From the IMG/VR virus record IMGVR_UViG_3300034161_000008, positions 41,369 to 105,368 of that record: a DNA stretch of 64,000 nt. One strand, written 5' to 3'. The position numbers and the translations under genes were made by a program. Under the pieces are notes generated by a model. It saw only the letters and a program-made list of their open reading frames with translations. It had not been told where the DNA came from and did no database searches. Origin of the DNA: a virus. Of the stretch, positions 9,473 to 19,713 are shown piece after piece. The first letter of the stretch is position 1. Each line of letters starts with the position of its first letter.

Positions 9473-12400
9473 ATGGCCACTAAAAAGGGCGGACCAGGCA
9501 ACTTCGAGGCGGATGACTACGATTTCGATAGCGGTCTGGACATGCCAGACTTTGACTTCGATGCCAAAGAGCCGCCCGACAATCGAAAGCCTACGACCAA
9601 GATCGCAACAAGCTTCGCAGCCGGTGCCAAAGACGCTGTTCTCAGCGGTAGTTTTTTGCGTAACCAGATCAAGCGAAATCTTCCACAGGGGTATGGCAAA
9701 GGTCTTGATTTAGCGGACCAAAGCGTAGCCACCCTCAGGAACCTATACAATACTAGCGCCACCGAGCTTAAGCCGATGGTCAGCGAGCTTAAGCGCACGA
9801 CCAAGCGCATTATGCCCGCCGCTAGTAAGTTCATGCCTAAAGGTGCGGCAGATTTGCTCACCCAGTGGTCGAACAATGAAGACAAAAAAGGTGGCACCCT
9901 TAGCGCTGACCAGATCCGTGAAGACGGTCTGAACTCGCAACTGGGCGACATCTTTAAGTATCAGCAACAGCAGGAAGGCCAGAACAAAGCAGAGGCTGAC
10001 GCTAAGGCAGGGATCAACGAGCAGATCGCTCTGTCCCGCCACCGCGACCAGCTCGGCCAGCTCGATGCCATCCGTCTGTCCACCAGTGCCCTGCAACAGT
10101 ATCAGGACAAAGTCACGTCCCAGTACCAGCGCAAGTCTCTGGAGCTGCAATACCGTTCGTACTTCGTAGCCATGGATGCGCTCGAAGAACAAAAGAAAGT
10201 CAACGTCACAACCACCGAACAACTGGCTAACATTGCCAAGAACACAGCATTGCCGGAATATGTAAAGATTACCCAATCTGAGCGTGCTGCCGAGATGCTG
10301 CGTAACAAGTTCATGTCCGGTGTGGCTGACACGATCTTCAACAAGCGCAATGGATTCTTGCGTGACTTCCAGAAGAACTTGGTCAAGGGTGTCAAAACCC
10401 GAGTCGGGGACTTCGCCAGTAATGTTCGCTCAGGCATCAGTGCCGCAGACTCAATCCTCGACATCCAAGAGATGCAAAACGAGATGGGTGGTGGTCCGGA
10501 AGCTTCCGAGATCATTGCGAACATGGCGGGTGGTGCAGTTGGTGATTCCCTGGGCGGTCGTCTGGGTAAAGCCATCGGCAAGGTGCTCAAGAAGAACAAA
10601 GGCGTGCGTAAGTTTGGCAACAAGCTTGCGTATACCGCTGAGAACCTCCCACAGACCGCCTGGGACTACGCAGAAGGTAACAAGCATGATGACGCACCTA
10701 TTATTGGTGGCATCGTCAGGCTCATCAAGGAAGCTGCTGGCAACGGTCGTGCAGACAACTCGATGGACGTTGATTCCCTGAAGTCGATGCAACAACCGGG
10801 GATCTTTACCAACCAAACCCGCAAGACGATCAACGAAGTTATTCCGGGTCTCTTGGCACGCATGTATCAAGAGCTCCAGATCATCCGTACAGGCGACTCG
10901 TCTATCGACCTGATGCGGTATGACTTCAAAAAGAACAAGTTTGCTGCGGACAAAACAATCCGTCAGGAAGCTTACTCCAAACTGGTCTCCAAGTCTGACA
11001 TTGACTCGCACCAAGAGGACGTCGACAAACTCCTCAACGAAGTCGATCCAGAAAAAACCAAGCTGTCGCCTGAAGCACGCAAAGCATTGGGTCAACAACT
11101 GCTTCGAGATAACCTCAAGAACAAGTTGGCCTCTCCGGAACGTCTCTCTGACTACAACACGTGGTCGGGTGGTGCAACGGGTGCGCATGCTGATAACATC
11201 TCTGAAGTTTTCGGCGAACACTTTAAAGGTGACGACGAAGGCGCCCGTGCTCTGAAGTTCTCCCAAGGCTACAACCGCCTTGGTCGTGGGTTCTCCGATA
11301 CACGGGAGCAAACCCAAGAGTACCTCAACGCAGGTTTCCATGACTTGTTGAGAGACATGGGGCTGCTGGGTGATGATGGGCAGTTCGACCAAAACAAACT
11401 GGTGGACTACTACAATGGTTCTGCAACCTACGATGCCAAAGGCTCACTCGCAACTGGTGGTGTCCGTAAGCGGGGACTTGGTGGGCCACGTGGTGGTAAG
11501 CCTGGTCCTCGCAACAACGGACCTCAACCTCGCGGTCCAGTACCTCCAACTCCATCAGGCCCAACTGATGGCGGACTGGTGGGTCGCCTCGACACTTCGA
11601 AACTTGAGTCCCTGGTCTCGGAAACCTCAGTCAAGTCTGAAGTAACTCAGATCGTTGACATCCTCACCAAGATCGCTGCTGGTCTGGAAAAGGGTATCAA
11701 CCTGAACCTGACTGACGACGACGCTGATCCAGATTCTGTCCGTGGCCGTAAACGCAAGAAGTTCTCCGACTACACTGTCAAAGATGGTATCGACGGTGCT
11801 GCTGGTGGTTTGCGTTGGGGCTTTAATAAAGGCAGCAAGTTTGCCAACGAGCTGTATGGCAATGCTTTCTCTGCGGGCAAGAAGGCGTGGGGCGGTATCA
11901 AGTCTGGTTTCGGCAAGGGTAAGGATTGGGCCAAAGGTAAGCTTGACGATTTCTCCGACGTTTATATCGACGGCAAAGTCACACCACTCTTGCAATCCTG
12001 GAGACTCAAGGGCGGCAAGTACAAGGATGAGGCTACTGGCCTGATCCTCAAGAAGTGGAGCGACGCAACTGGAGCTATCCGGGACATCGAAACAGGTGAG
12101 CTGATTACGCCTGAGCAGATGAAAGACGCCTTCTCCAAAACCAAGTACGGCAAAGCGTTGTTCACGAAAGTGGCTGAGCTTAAAGACTGGGGGATGAAGA
12201 AGCTGGGTCAGGGCATCACCATGGCAAACACCGTTTATGGCGGTGCATGGACTCTGGCTAAGCACGCCTATGGTCTCCTCGACCAACCGTGTGATGTTTA
12301 CGTACAGGGCCGTTCTGAGCCTGTGCTGCTTGCGATGATGATGCGTGCTGGTAACGCTTACTTCTCCAAGCTGAACAAACACCCGATCACCAAACCTAGC

Positions 12401-15400
12401 CAGATTGACGGGCCGGTGGTGAACGAGAAAGGCGAGGAAGTTCTGACGGAGGAGATGCTCAAAGGCGGGATCTACGGTCAAGACGGTAAGGTGCTCAAAA
12501 CAGGCTGGCGTAAAGCGCTTCAGTTTGGGGTGGACATTGCAACCAAAGGCTGGGACCGCCTGAAGAAGATGGGCAAGTGGGCTAAGGACAAAGCAACCGG
12601 TTTGTACAACGGAGCTTCTGATCTCTTGGGTGGTGCTATCGGCAAGATCACAGGACCAGACGGTCTGATTGTTGCTGGCGGCTCCAAGATCCATGACGTG
12701 CTCATCGACATCTACAACTTGCTCGATATGCGACTGAAAGGGAAACCTACAGGTCTGCACGCTGGGCAAGGCTCCACAGGCGGCAAAGGTGGTGGTATCG
12801 CTAGCGGTGCTTCTCGTCTGCGTCAGGGTCTGAAAGAACGTTTCAAAGAAGCCAAGCTTGAAGAGAAGCTTGAGGCTGCTAAAGCCAAAGTCAAGAAGGT
12901 TGTAGGGGATCTTGACGGTGACGGCATTCGCGACGGTAGCTGGCAGGACACCGCCCGCAAGAAAGCTCAACTCGCCCGCGACAAACTGACCTCCCTCGGT
13001 AGTCAGGGTCGTGACAAAGGTGAAGGCCTTTTTGCCAAGGGTAAAGGTGGTTTGGCATCCCTGTTGGCTGGCTGGCGTAAAAAAGATGAAGATAAGAAAG
13101 AGGACGACAAAGGGGAAGATTCCAGCCTTGATCTGGGCGATGGTCCTGAGAAGGAGTCCAAAGCCGACAAGCGTGCGCGCAAGCGTGCTGAACGTCGTCG
13201 CATGTCTCGAGCTCGAGCTCGTCCTGGTATGGGCGGTCGCTTCGCTCGTGGAGCTGCTCGTGGCCGTACCGCAGCTGGGATGCTTGGTCGTGGTTTGGGA
13301 ACTGCTGCTCGCGTCGCAGGTTCTGGTCTGGGTAGCACTGCTATGGGTGCCGCTCGATTAGGTGGTGCTGCGCTGATGGGTGGTGGCGGCCTGGCAGTCG
13401 ATTTGGCTGTAGGTGCTGCTGGCATGATCCCAGGTTTGGTTGGTGGGGTTATGGGTGTTGGTGGTGCGCTGTTGTCTGGTGCTGCTGCATTGCTTGCGTC
13501 TCCTGTTGTATTGGGGGCGCTGGCAGTTGGTGCATTGGGTGCTGCCGCGTACTACGGCTACAAGTACCTGACTAAGAAGCGCCTGGATACCTTGAGCACA
13601 GTGCGTTACGCTCAGTATGGTTTCATCGCTTCCGACGAAGATCACTTGCAACCAGTGATGGGTCTGGAAGACAAAGTGTTCAAAGGCGTTAAGTTCACTG
13701 ACGGGGTGGCAACACTCTCGATGGATGGGCTGGACGTTAAAGACATGGCGGAATCTTTCGGGGTCGATCTCAAGAACGCTGCCCAAGTCAACTCTTGGTT
13801 TGGCTGGTTCAAAGACCGTTTCAAACCTGTGTATTTGACAGCGTTGACTGCGGCCTACAAAACGAACCCTAAAGTCAAACTCGAAGACGTAGACAAAGAC
13901 CTGTCGGCCACTGAGCGACAAACGTTCTTGAACTTGTCTAAGTTCTTGGAAGGTCCGTACAACGTCCTCAACTCTCCGTTCGATGCTACGAAGTTGTTGC
14001 AGGCTGATTACTCGGTGGTGAAAACTGCTGTGGAACTGGCTGAAGCAACCATCGCTAAACTGGTAGCGGATCATCCTGCTACAGAAGCTGAGAAGCTCGC
14101 ACAAGCTGCTGCATTGGGCAAAGGCGCAGCGACGATGGATCAACTTAAGGACGCAGAGGGTAACCGCTTTAAGACAGACGCTGAAAAGGCGGCGTACGAC
14201 AAAGCACATCCGAAGATCAATGCGGGCAACCGCATGCTAATCGGCGGTGGGATGGGTGCGGCTACAGCTTTGACCATAGCGGGTGCAAACCTGCCGAAGT
14301 CGCGTATCCAGGATGGTAAAGTCGATGCTCTGACGTGCGTTCGTTACAAGACGTACGGTTTGGTTGAGATGGAACTGCCTAAAGTGAAGGCTATCGATGC
14401 GCTCGAAATGGCGATGGAGAAAGACCTGACCTTTGGCTCCACTGGTATTGCGACGTGGAAAGGCGACCCTAACGTACTGATGACCGCTCATGGTGGTGAC
14501 TTCGGTGTCGTGGGGACAACTAACCAGAAGGCTCAGGATTGGCTGGCGTGGTTTAACTACCGCTACCTCCCGACGTACCTGAACTATGCGACGTCTATCA
14601 AACGCAACACTGGTAAGGAATCACCCTCCCAAGGTTCGGACGCTTTGAAACCGGTCCAAGCCATTGACGTAGCCACAGCGATCTACACCACCACGTCGGC
14701 TTACGACTCCCGGATGCTTCCTGTCTGGACGGTGACTCGCTCGCCATTCTTTGGCTACGTTCTGAACGGTGACGTTAAGTCCGTTGATGCGAACATGCAG
14801 GCGTTGAAAAACGTAGCTAAGTCGGTAATCCTCAACGAGGCGAAAGGGAAGATCACTGACGATACTCTGAACAAACCAGAGAACGCGTTGCTCAAAAAGC
14901 AGATCGACCAATACGCACCGAAGAAAGGGGTTGATTTCAGCAAGAACCCATCGATGCTGCTCTCGACGGTTGAGAAAGGCAAGAACATGGACATGACCAA
15001 GTTCACCGGCGCTTATCGCGGTGGCCAAGGTCAGGGTTACTCGATGTTGCTTAACGGGGCTGGTGGTTACACCGGCGGCGGTGCTGTAAACCATCCGGGT
15101 AATGGTACTGGCGGAGACATCAACAAACTGCCAGATGCTACGGGCAAAGGCTGGGCAGCAACCAAAGACACCATTATGGGTGCTGCTGCAATGGCGGGGG
15201 TTGATCCAAGTCTGATGGCGGCCATTGCTGCTGTTGAGTCTGGGTTCGATCCTAAGGTCGGTGCGGGTACTTCGTCGGCTACAGGTCTCTATCAGTTCAT
15301 CGATAGTACGTGGAAATCGATGTTGTCCAAGTATGGTGCCAAGTACGGGATTGATCCTAGTACCAAGCCTACTGACGCACGAGCTAACGCCTTGCTGGGT

Positions 15401-16393
15401 GCGGAGTTCATGAAGGAGAACATGGCGTCGCTGAAAAGCTCGCTTGATCGCCCTATCACGGACGTGGACGTTTACATGGCTCACTTCCTCGGCCCTTCTG
15501 GGGCTAAGAAGTTCCTGTCGGCAAGTCCTAACACGATCGCTGCGCAACTGATGCCTGATGCGGCTAGTGCGAACCAACCTATCTTCTACGATGGTAGTCG
15601 CGCTCGTACGACTGGTGAAATCTACCAGTTGCTCGGTAACCGTATCAAGACTCGTCTCGGCGAGTTTGGTGTCAAGGTGGGCGCTGCTGCTGCTGCTGCC
15701 CCAGCAACTCCGGGCGGCATGCCAGCACTCCCACCTGCTGCAAACGATCCATCCGCTACTCCATCGGCTGCTCCTGCTGTTCCGTCGATGCTTGCTCCAA
15801 TGGGTCCAAAAGCGTCGGGGGCTCCTGCTCCTGAAGGCATGACGCTACCGGGCCCAACGTCTGCTGAGATTGCAGCGAAGAAAGCTTACGACATTGCAAA
15901 CCCACTGCAAGCTACTCCTGCGGTGTTGGCTGCCCGTAAGCAGACTGAAGATGCGATGAATGAGTCCGCGCCTGCCGCGGCTCCCGCCTCTACTGCGAAC
16001 CCTCTGGGGATCAAAGTACGAGACACCTCCCCTGCTCCTGTAGCTGCCTCCATGGGCAGTCAGGTTCCTGCTGCGGTGCCTTCGGGTCCGTCGGTAGATC
16101 CTGAGGTAGGTCGTTCTCTCATGGCGCTCTCTCCTCGTGCTCGTAACGGCGAGACTCAGCAGGCTGATAGTGCAGCTTCTGTTGCCGCTGCCGCAAACGG
16201 TACTACCGCTGCGGTTCTGGCAGGTAACGAGATCGCGACAGCACAGCTTGATGTAATGAAGCAAGTGTTGGCTGAGATCAAACGGAATGGTTCGGGCAAC
16301 CCAATGACGCAGCAAAGCGGTGCCCCACAGGCACAACCCCGCCAAGCTGGTTTGACGCCAACGGGTCCGATCAGTCTGAAGAAGCCTGCGTAA
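9473..16393 (+). CDS. Large tail protein with lytic transglycosylase domain (phiKZ gp181-like; tape-measure-like virion peptidoglycan hydrolase)
   Basis: 2306 aa; SLT motifs AVESGF, SSATGLYQFIDSTW, YMAHFLG at about 15.2-15.5 kb; Gly/Ala hydrophobic stretch at about 13.3-13.56 kb; Pro/Ala-rich tail; divergent from the vRNAP genes. Confidence 0.9.
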   Translation: MATKKGGPGNFEADDYDFDSGLDMPDFDFDAKEPPDNRKPTTKIATSFAAGAKDAVLSGSFLRNQIKRNLPQGYGKGLDLADQSVATLRNLYNTSATELKPMVSELKRTTKRIMPAASKFMPKGAADLLTQWSNNEDKKGGTLSADQIREDGLNSQLGDIFKYQQQQEGQNKAEADAKAGINEQIALSRHRDQLGQLDAIRLSTSALQQYQDKVTSQYQRKSLELQYRSYFVAMDALEEQKKVNVTTTEQLANIAKNTALPEYVKITQSERAAEMLRNKFMSGVADTIFNKRNGFLRDFQKNLVKGVKTRVGDFASNVRSGISAADSILDIQEMQNEMGGGPEASEIIANMAGGAVGDSLGGRLGKAIGKVLKKNKGVRKFGNKLAYTAENLPQTAWDYAEGNKHDDAPIIGGIVRLIKEAAGNGRADNSMDVDSLKSMQQPGIFTNQTRKTINEVIPGLLARMYQELQIIRTGDSSIDLMRYDFKKNKFAADKTIRQEAYSKLVSKSDIDSHQEDVDKLLNEVDPEKTKLSPEARKALGQQLLRDNLKNKLASPERLSDYNTWSGGATGAHADNISEVFGEHFKGDDEGARALKFSQGYNRLGRGFSDTREQTQEYLNAGFHDLLRDMGLLGDDGQFDQNKLVDYYNGSATYDAKGSLATGGVRKRGLGGPRGGKPGPRNNGPQPRGPVPPTPSGPTDGGLVGRLDTSKLESLVSETSVKSEVTQIVDILTKIAAGLEKGINLNLTDDDADPDSVRGRKRKKFSDYTVKDGIDGAAGGLRWGFNKGSKFANELYGNAFSAGKKAWGGIKSGFGKGKDWAKGKLDDFSDVYIDGKVTPLLQSWRLKGGKYKDEATGLILKKWSDATGAIRDIETGELITPEQMKDAFSKTKYGKALFTKVAELKDWGMKKLGQGITMANTVYGGAWTLAKHAYGLLDQPCDVYVQGRSEPVLLAMMMRAGNAYFSKLNKHPITKPSQIDGPVVNEKGEEVLTEEMLKGGIYGQDGKVLKTGWRKALQFGVDIATKGWDRLKKMGKWAKDKATGLYNGASDLLGGAIGKITGPDGLIVAGGSKIHDVLIDIYNLLDMRLKGKPTGLHAGQGSTGGKGGGIASGASRLRQGLKERFKEAKLEEKLEAAKAKVKKVVGDLDGDGIRDGSWQDTARKKAQLARDKLTSLGSQGRDKGEGLFAKGKGGLASLLAGWRKKDEDKKEDDKGEDSSLDLGDGPEKESKADKRARKRAERRRMSRARARPGMGGRFARGAARGRTAAGMLGRGLGTAARVAGSGLGSTAMGAARLGGAALMGGGGLAVDLAVGAAGMIPGLVGGVMGVGGALLSGAAALLASPVVLGALAVGALGAAAYYGYKYLTKKRLDTLSTVRYAQYGFIASDEDHLQPVMGLEDKVFKGVKFTDGVATLSMDGLDVKDMAESFGVDLKNAAQVNSWFGWFKDRFKPVYLTALTAAYKTNPKVKLEDVDKDLSATERQTFLNLSKFLEGPYNVLNSPFDATKLLQADYSVVKTAVELAEATIAKLVADHPATEAEKLAQAAALGKGAATMDQLKDAEGNRFKTDAEKAAYDKAHPKINAGNRMLIGGGMGAATALTIAGANLPKSRIQDGKVDALTCVRYKTYGLVEMELPKVKAIDALEMAMEKDLTFGSTGIATWKGDPNVLMTAHGGDFGVVGTTNQKAQDWLAWFNYRYLPTYLNYATSIKRNTGKESPSQGSDALKPVQAIDVATAIYTTTSAYDSRMLPVWTVTRSPFFGYVLNGDVKSVDANMQALKNVAKSVILNEAKGKITDDTLNKPENALLKKQIDQYAPKKGVDFSKNPSMLLSTVEKGKNMDMTKFTGAYRGGQGQGYSMLLNGAGGYTGGGAVNHPGNGTGGDINKLPDATGKGWAATKDTIMGAAAMAGVDPSLMAAIAAVESGFDPKVGAGTSSATGLYQFIDSTWKSMLSKYGAKYGIDPSTKPTDARANALLGAEFMKENMASLKSSLDRPITDVDVYMAHFLGPSGAKKFLSASPNTIAAQLMPDAASANQPIFYDGSRARTTGEIYQLLGNRIKTRLGEFGVKVGAAAAAAPATPGGMPALPPAANDPSATPSAAPAVPSMLAPMGPKASGAPAPEGMTLPGPTSAEIAAKKAYDIANPLQATPAVLAARKQTEDAMNESAPAAAPASTANPLGIKVRDTSPAPVAASMGSQVPAAVPSGPSVDPEVGRSLMALSPRARNGETQQADSAASVAAAANGTTAAVLAGNEIATAQLDVMKQVLAEIKRNGSGNPMTQQSGAPQAQPRQAGLTPTGPISLKKPA

Positions 16394-16396
16394 ACG

Positions 16397-16430
16397 GTCA
16401 TCGATCCCACAAGGACGTGGGATTGTATGA
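16397..16430 (+). terminator. Hairpin-TATG element between co-directional + strand genes
   Basis: gtcat-cgatcccac-aaggac-gtgggattg-TATGa. Confidence 0.55.
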
Positions 16431-16460
16431 TTATCTTTAACTCTTGTTAGGAGTAGGAAA

Positions 16461-18419
16461 ATGGGTCCTCTGTTGAAGGACGCCAGTTGGGTCCGTCAGT
16501 CCTTCCTTGTGGAAGCGGAATACCTCGAAGACATTGACCTGGCGAACCGAACGTTCTCCTCAGTTTCGACGAAATTCACTGACACAACTCCTGGTGGCAG
16601 TTTTGCTATTAACGCTCCACCCCAATTCACACGACACGCTGATATCAAGCGCAAAGGTATCTTTGTCGGTTCCAAAGGCATGGGTCGCTACTACAGCGAG
16701 GCTATCGACGACAACAGCCGTCTAGTCCACATGCGTTTCGGCGTGCCTCAGTTCAACAGCCTGACCACGTTCTTCACCGGGTTCTATAACTCAGGTGCTG
16801 GGCAGTTGGCTCGCACGGGTCGATCCAAGGGTTTGTTCTTCCTGATTGGTCGTGCGGTAGGCTTTGTGGTGACAACCCTGCACTGGCTGCCACTGGCGGT
16901 TAGTATTCTGGGTTACGGTTTGCGGTTCTTCCTGAACAAGCCTTCGAGCAAGTTCTATTACCTCAAGCCAACGATGGGTCTGTATTGGAACGCCGTGACC
17001 ACCATCGTCAACCAGTTGGCGGTTTACACAGGCGTGATCCCTCGCTCAGGGGGTACTCCTGATTCCAACGAGAAGATGGGGGACCAATACGAGTTTGACG
17101 CTGCGGCACTCCAGAAGATGCACGAGCTGCTACCTGACATCTTTAAAGAAGGTGGTGGTATCGACGTGTATGCTCTGGCGAACCGGGCACAACGTCTGGC
17201 CAACCGTCAGATCAAAGAAGTTCAGAAAGCGATGGAAGAAGAGCAATCCGGTGCTGCACTGGCTGCTCGTCTGCGTAAGATCCGTTTGACCGCTGACAAC
17301 AAGCCGGACCTGAACGATCACCTGTCGTACTACTGGAAGTCCGAACCGTCCAAGCCTAAAGAAGCGACCACCTCGCCTATTAACGCTGACGGCACTGTGG
17401 CTACCGGCACTGATCCAACTCAGGCTCAACAATCGGGTAACCTGTTCCAAGGCGACACCACGATTGAAGAAGGTCAGAAAGGTGAGAGCTGGTGGAGTGG
17501 CTTCAAAGAGTTCTTGAAAGCTGAACTGGATGACGGTTCTGCCTTCGCGACCTTCCGTGTGGATGCTGGTGGTTCTGTGTCGGAGACTTTCTCCAGCACC
17601 GTAACCGAGTCGGAGATCGCGAACAAGATTAACGACATGTCGTCTGAAAACCGTAAGTCCAACTTCAACTTCGCTGGTGGTAACATCATCGGGGGTGCGC
17701 TGGGTTCTGCGGTCGGTATGGTGACTGGCGCCGTTAAAGATTTGGTGGCGGGTATTGGTGAACAGATCCAGGTCTCTGGTCTGGCTGCATTGGGTGGTTC
17801 GGCTTTCGTAGACATCCCTAAACACTGGCAGAACTCTTCGGCTAGCGTTGCAGCACCTTCGTACACGTTCTCCCTGATCTCTCCGTACGGCAACCCGATC
17901 AGTTTGTTGACCAACATCTACATCCCACTGGCAATGTTGCTGGCGGGTAGTCTGCCTCTGTCCACCGGTAAACAGTCCTACACCTCTCCATTCATTTGCG
18001 AGCTGTACGACCAAGGCCGTTGCCAGACACGACTGGGGATGATTGACAACCTACAGATCACTCGCGGTGGCGGTAACCTGGGCTTCACTAACGAAGGCCA
18101 AGTTCTCCAGATCGACGTGAGCTTCTCTGTAGTGGACATGTCGTCCGTGCTGCACATGCCAATCACCAGTGGCTTCTCTTTGAACCCACTGGAAGGCGTG
18201 TTCGACGACGAAACCATCTTCACCGACTACATGGCTGTTCTGGCAGGTTTGGGTCTGGCTGACCAGATCTATCCTTCACGCAAGATGAAACTGAACTGGA
18301 CGCGCAAGATGGCGAACTGGGACAGCTTCTTCTCGACCACTCACTTTACAAGCTTTTTGGGGGATACCCCTCCGGGGCGTCTCTTCAGTGCCTTCTACCG
18401 TGGGACGAGTCGTTTTTAG
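16461..18419 (+). CDS. Baseplate/tail structural protein, phiKZ gp182-like
   Basis: 652 aa, AGGA RBS, follows the gp181-like gene; C-terminal YTSPF...GMIDNLQITRG resembles tube-initiator-type baseplate proteins. Confidence 0.75.
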   Translation: MGPLLKDASWVRQSFLVEAEYLEDIDLANRTFSSVSTKFTDTTPGGSFAINAPPQFTRHADIKRKGIFVGSKGMGRYYSEAIDDNSRLVHMRFGVPQFNSLTTFFTGFYNSGAGQLARTGRSKGLFFLIGRAVGFVVTTLHWLPLAVSILGYGLRFFLNKPSSKFYYLKPTMGLYWNAVTTIVNQLAVYTGVIPRSGGTPDSNEKMGDQYEFDAAALQKMHELLPDIFKEGGGIDVYALANRAQRLANRQIKEVQKAMEEEQSGAALAARLRKIRLTADNKPDLNDHLSYYWKSEPSKPKEATTSPINADGTVATGTDPTQAQQSGNLFQGDTTIEEGQKGESWWSGFKEFLKAELDDGSAFATFRVDAGGSVSETFSSTVTESEIANKINDMSSENRKSNFNFAGGNIIGGALGSAVGMVTGAVKDLVAGIGEQIQVSGLAALGGSAFVDIPKHWQNSSASVAAPSYTFSLISPYGNPISLLTNIYIPLAMLLAGSLPLSTGKQSYTSPFICELYDQGRCQTRLGMIDNLQITRGGGNLGFTNEGQVLQIDVSFSVVDMSSVLHMPITSGFSLNPLEGVFDDETIFTDYMAVLAGLGLADQIYPSRKMKLNWTRKMANWDSFFSTTHFTSFLGDTPPGRLFSAFYRGTSRF

Positions 18420-18420
18420 C

Positions 18421-18460
18421 GTCATAGGCCCCAGCCCCGAAAAGGGCTGGGGCTGTATGC
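18421..18460. terminator. Bidirectional CATA-hairpin-TATG element
   Basis: gtCATAg-gccccagccc-cgaaaa-gggctggggc-tgTATGc between convergent genes. Confidence 0.75.
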
Positions 18461-18462
18461 TG

Positions 18463-19650
18463 TCAGAAGTAGATGTTCTTCACTTTCTCGAACAGGTTCA
18501 TGTCTGTCGAGTAAGCATCCTGTTTGGCTTTCTCTGCTTTGTAACCAGCCAGCCCAGTCAGTTGCAGTGGGTTGTCGGTGAGGCGCGAGTCTGCTTTGGC
18601 AGGTGCTTGGTAGGTGATAGGCGTAGTGGTGATCGCCGGAGAGAAAGCCGCTGCCGAGAAATCAGACTTCAGACTGTCCGCTACAGAGGTCGACGAGAAC
18701 ACGTTAGCCAAAGAGTACATCGAACGATCTTTGGAATCATCCGAGGACTGGTTGGTAGACGCAGCACCAATGGCCGACTTAGCTGCCGGGGAAGCACCTT
18801 GAATCGTGGTGATGTCGGTGATCTTGCTGCCCAGACGAGAAGCTTTGTCCCAACCATTGTCTACAGCATCAAACGCACGAAAGATGCTCGAACCTTCAGA
18901 CTGCAAGTCACGAACCGAGTTGTACGCAGGGTTGGTGTAGTTGCGGGAGAAGTCATTGAGAAGCTGAGGGTTCACAGCCTTCAGTACGCCCTGTGCGGTC
19001 CCTGCCGCTACACCGAGTAGGCCAGCGGTGTCAGAACCTCCCACAATGGCTGGTAGGATGTTACCGGCCACACGGTTTATGATGTTCGGGTCACGAATGG
19101 CCGAAACGATACCACCGAAGCTATTGGGGATGCCCAGTGCTGTCGCTTCGTTGATAATCCCCGTGTAGAGACCTGCCAGACCATCGTTGTCCTTGACCAC
19201 GAAGTCGTAAGCGTCACCCGCCACATCAGAGATCAGCGAACCCAAAGCTTTCACGTCAGCCACAGCTGAGGAACTAACTTTGGAGATCACACCACCGATG
19301 GATGCAAACACACCATCCTTTTCGTCGAACGCTCCGAGGATGCCATCCCCCACTTTGCTGGACAGGTCTTTAAAGCCAGCCAGTAGTCCCGAGTTAGAAC
19401 CAATCACGCGTCCGATCAAAGCAGACTTGTCGATGACCAACCCGGCAGCATCGATACCACGAACCACAGAGCCCATAGCAGCACTGAAGTCACCACCGCG
19501 CATGCTAGACAGCTTCGTCGTGTCAAAGCGCGTACGGATGTCCTGGATGCTGTTGATCACGGTGTTCGAAGACTTGGCGTAGACGTCTACCGTTGCGGCG
19601 GCGTCCTTGGCACCCGACGAGAAGGAGGTGGTCGTTAATGAACCAGCCAT
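18463..19650 (-). CDS. Putative virion structural protein (Ala/Ser/Gly-rich)
   Basis: About 395 aa; start moved to ATG 19650, which follows a GGAGG RBS. Confidence 0.6.
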   Translation of the reverse strand: MAGSLTTTSFSSGAKDAAATVDVYAKSSNTVINSIQDIRTRFDTTKLSSMRGGDFSAAMGSVVRGIDAAGLVIDKSALIGRVIGSNSGLLAGFKDLSSKVGDGILGAFDEKDGVFASIGGVISKVSSSAVADVKALGSLISDVAGDAYDFVVKDNDGLAGLYTGIINEATALGIPNSFGGIVSAIRDPNIINRVAGNILPAIVGGSDTAGLLGVAAGTAQGVLKAVNPQLLNDFSRNYTNPAYNSVRDLQSEGSSIFRAFDAVDNGWDKASRLGSKITDITTIQGASPAAKSAIGAASTNQSSDDSKDRSMYSLANVFSSTSVADSLKSDFSAAAFSPAITTTPITYQAPAKADSRLTDNPLQLTGLAGYKAEKAKQDAYSTDMNLFEKVKNIYF

Positions 19651-19669
19651 AAAAACCTCCAAATAAACC

Positions 19670-19695
19670 AAAAAAAGAAGGACCGAAGTCCTTCT
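19670..19695 (-). terminator. Canonical intrinsic terminator (UUCG loop plus U tract)
   Basis: Minus strand reads AGAAGGAC-TTCG-GTCCTTCT-TTTTTT. Confidence 0.8.
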
Positions 19696-19713
19696 AGTTA
19701 AGAGCGCCCAACC

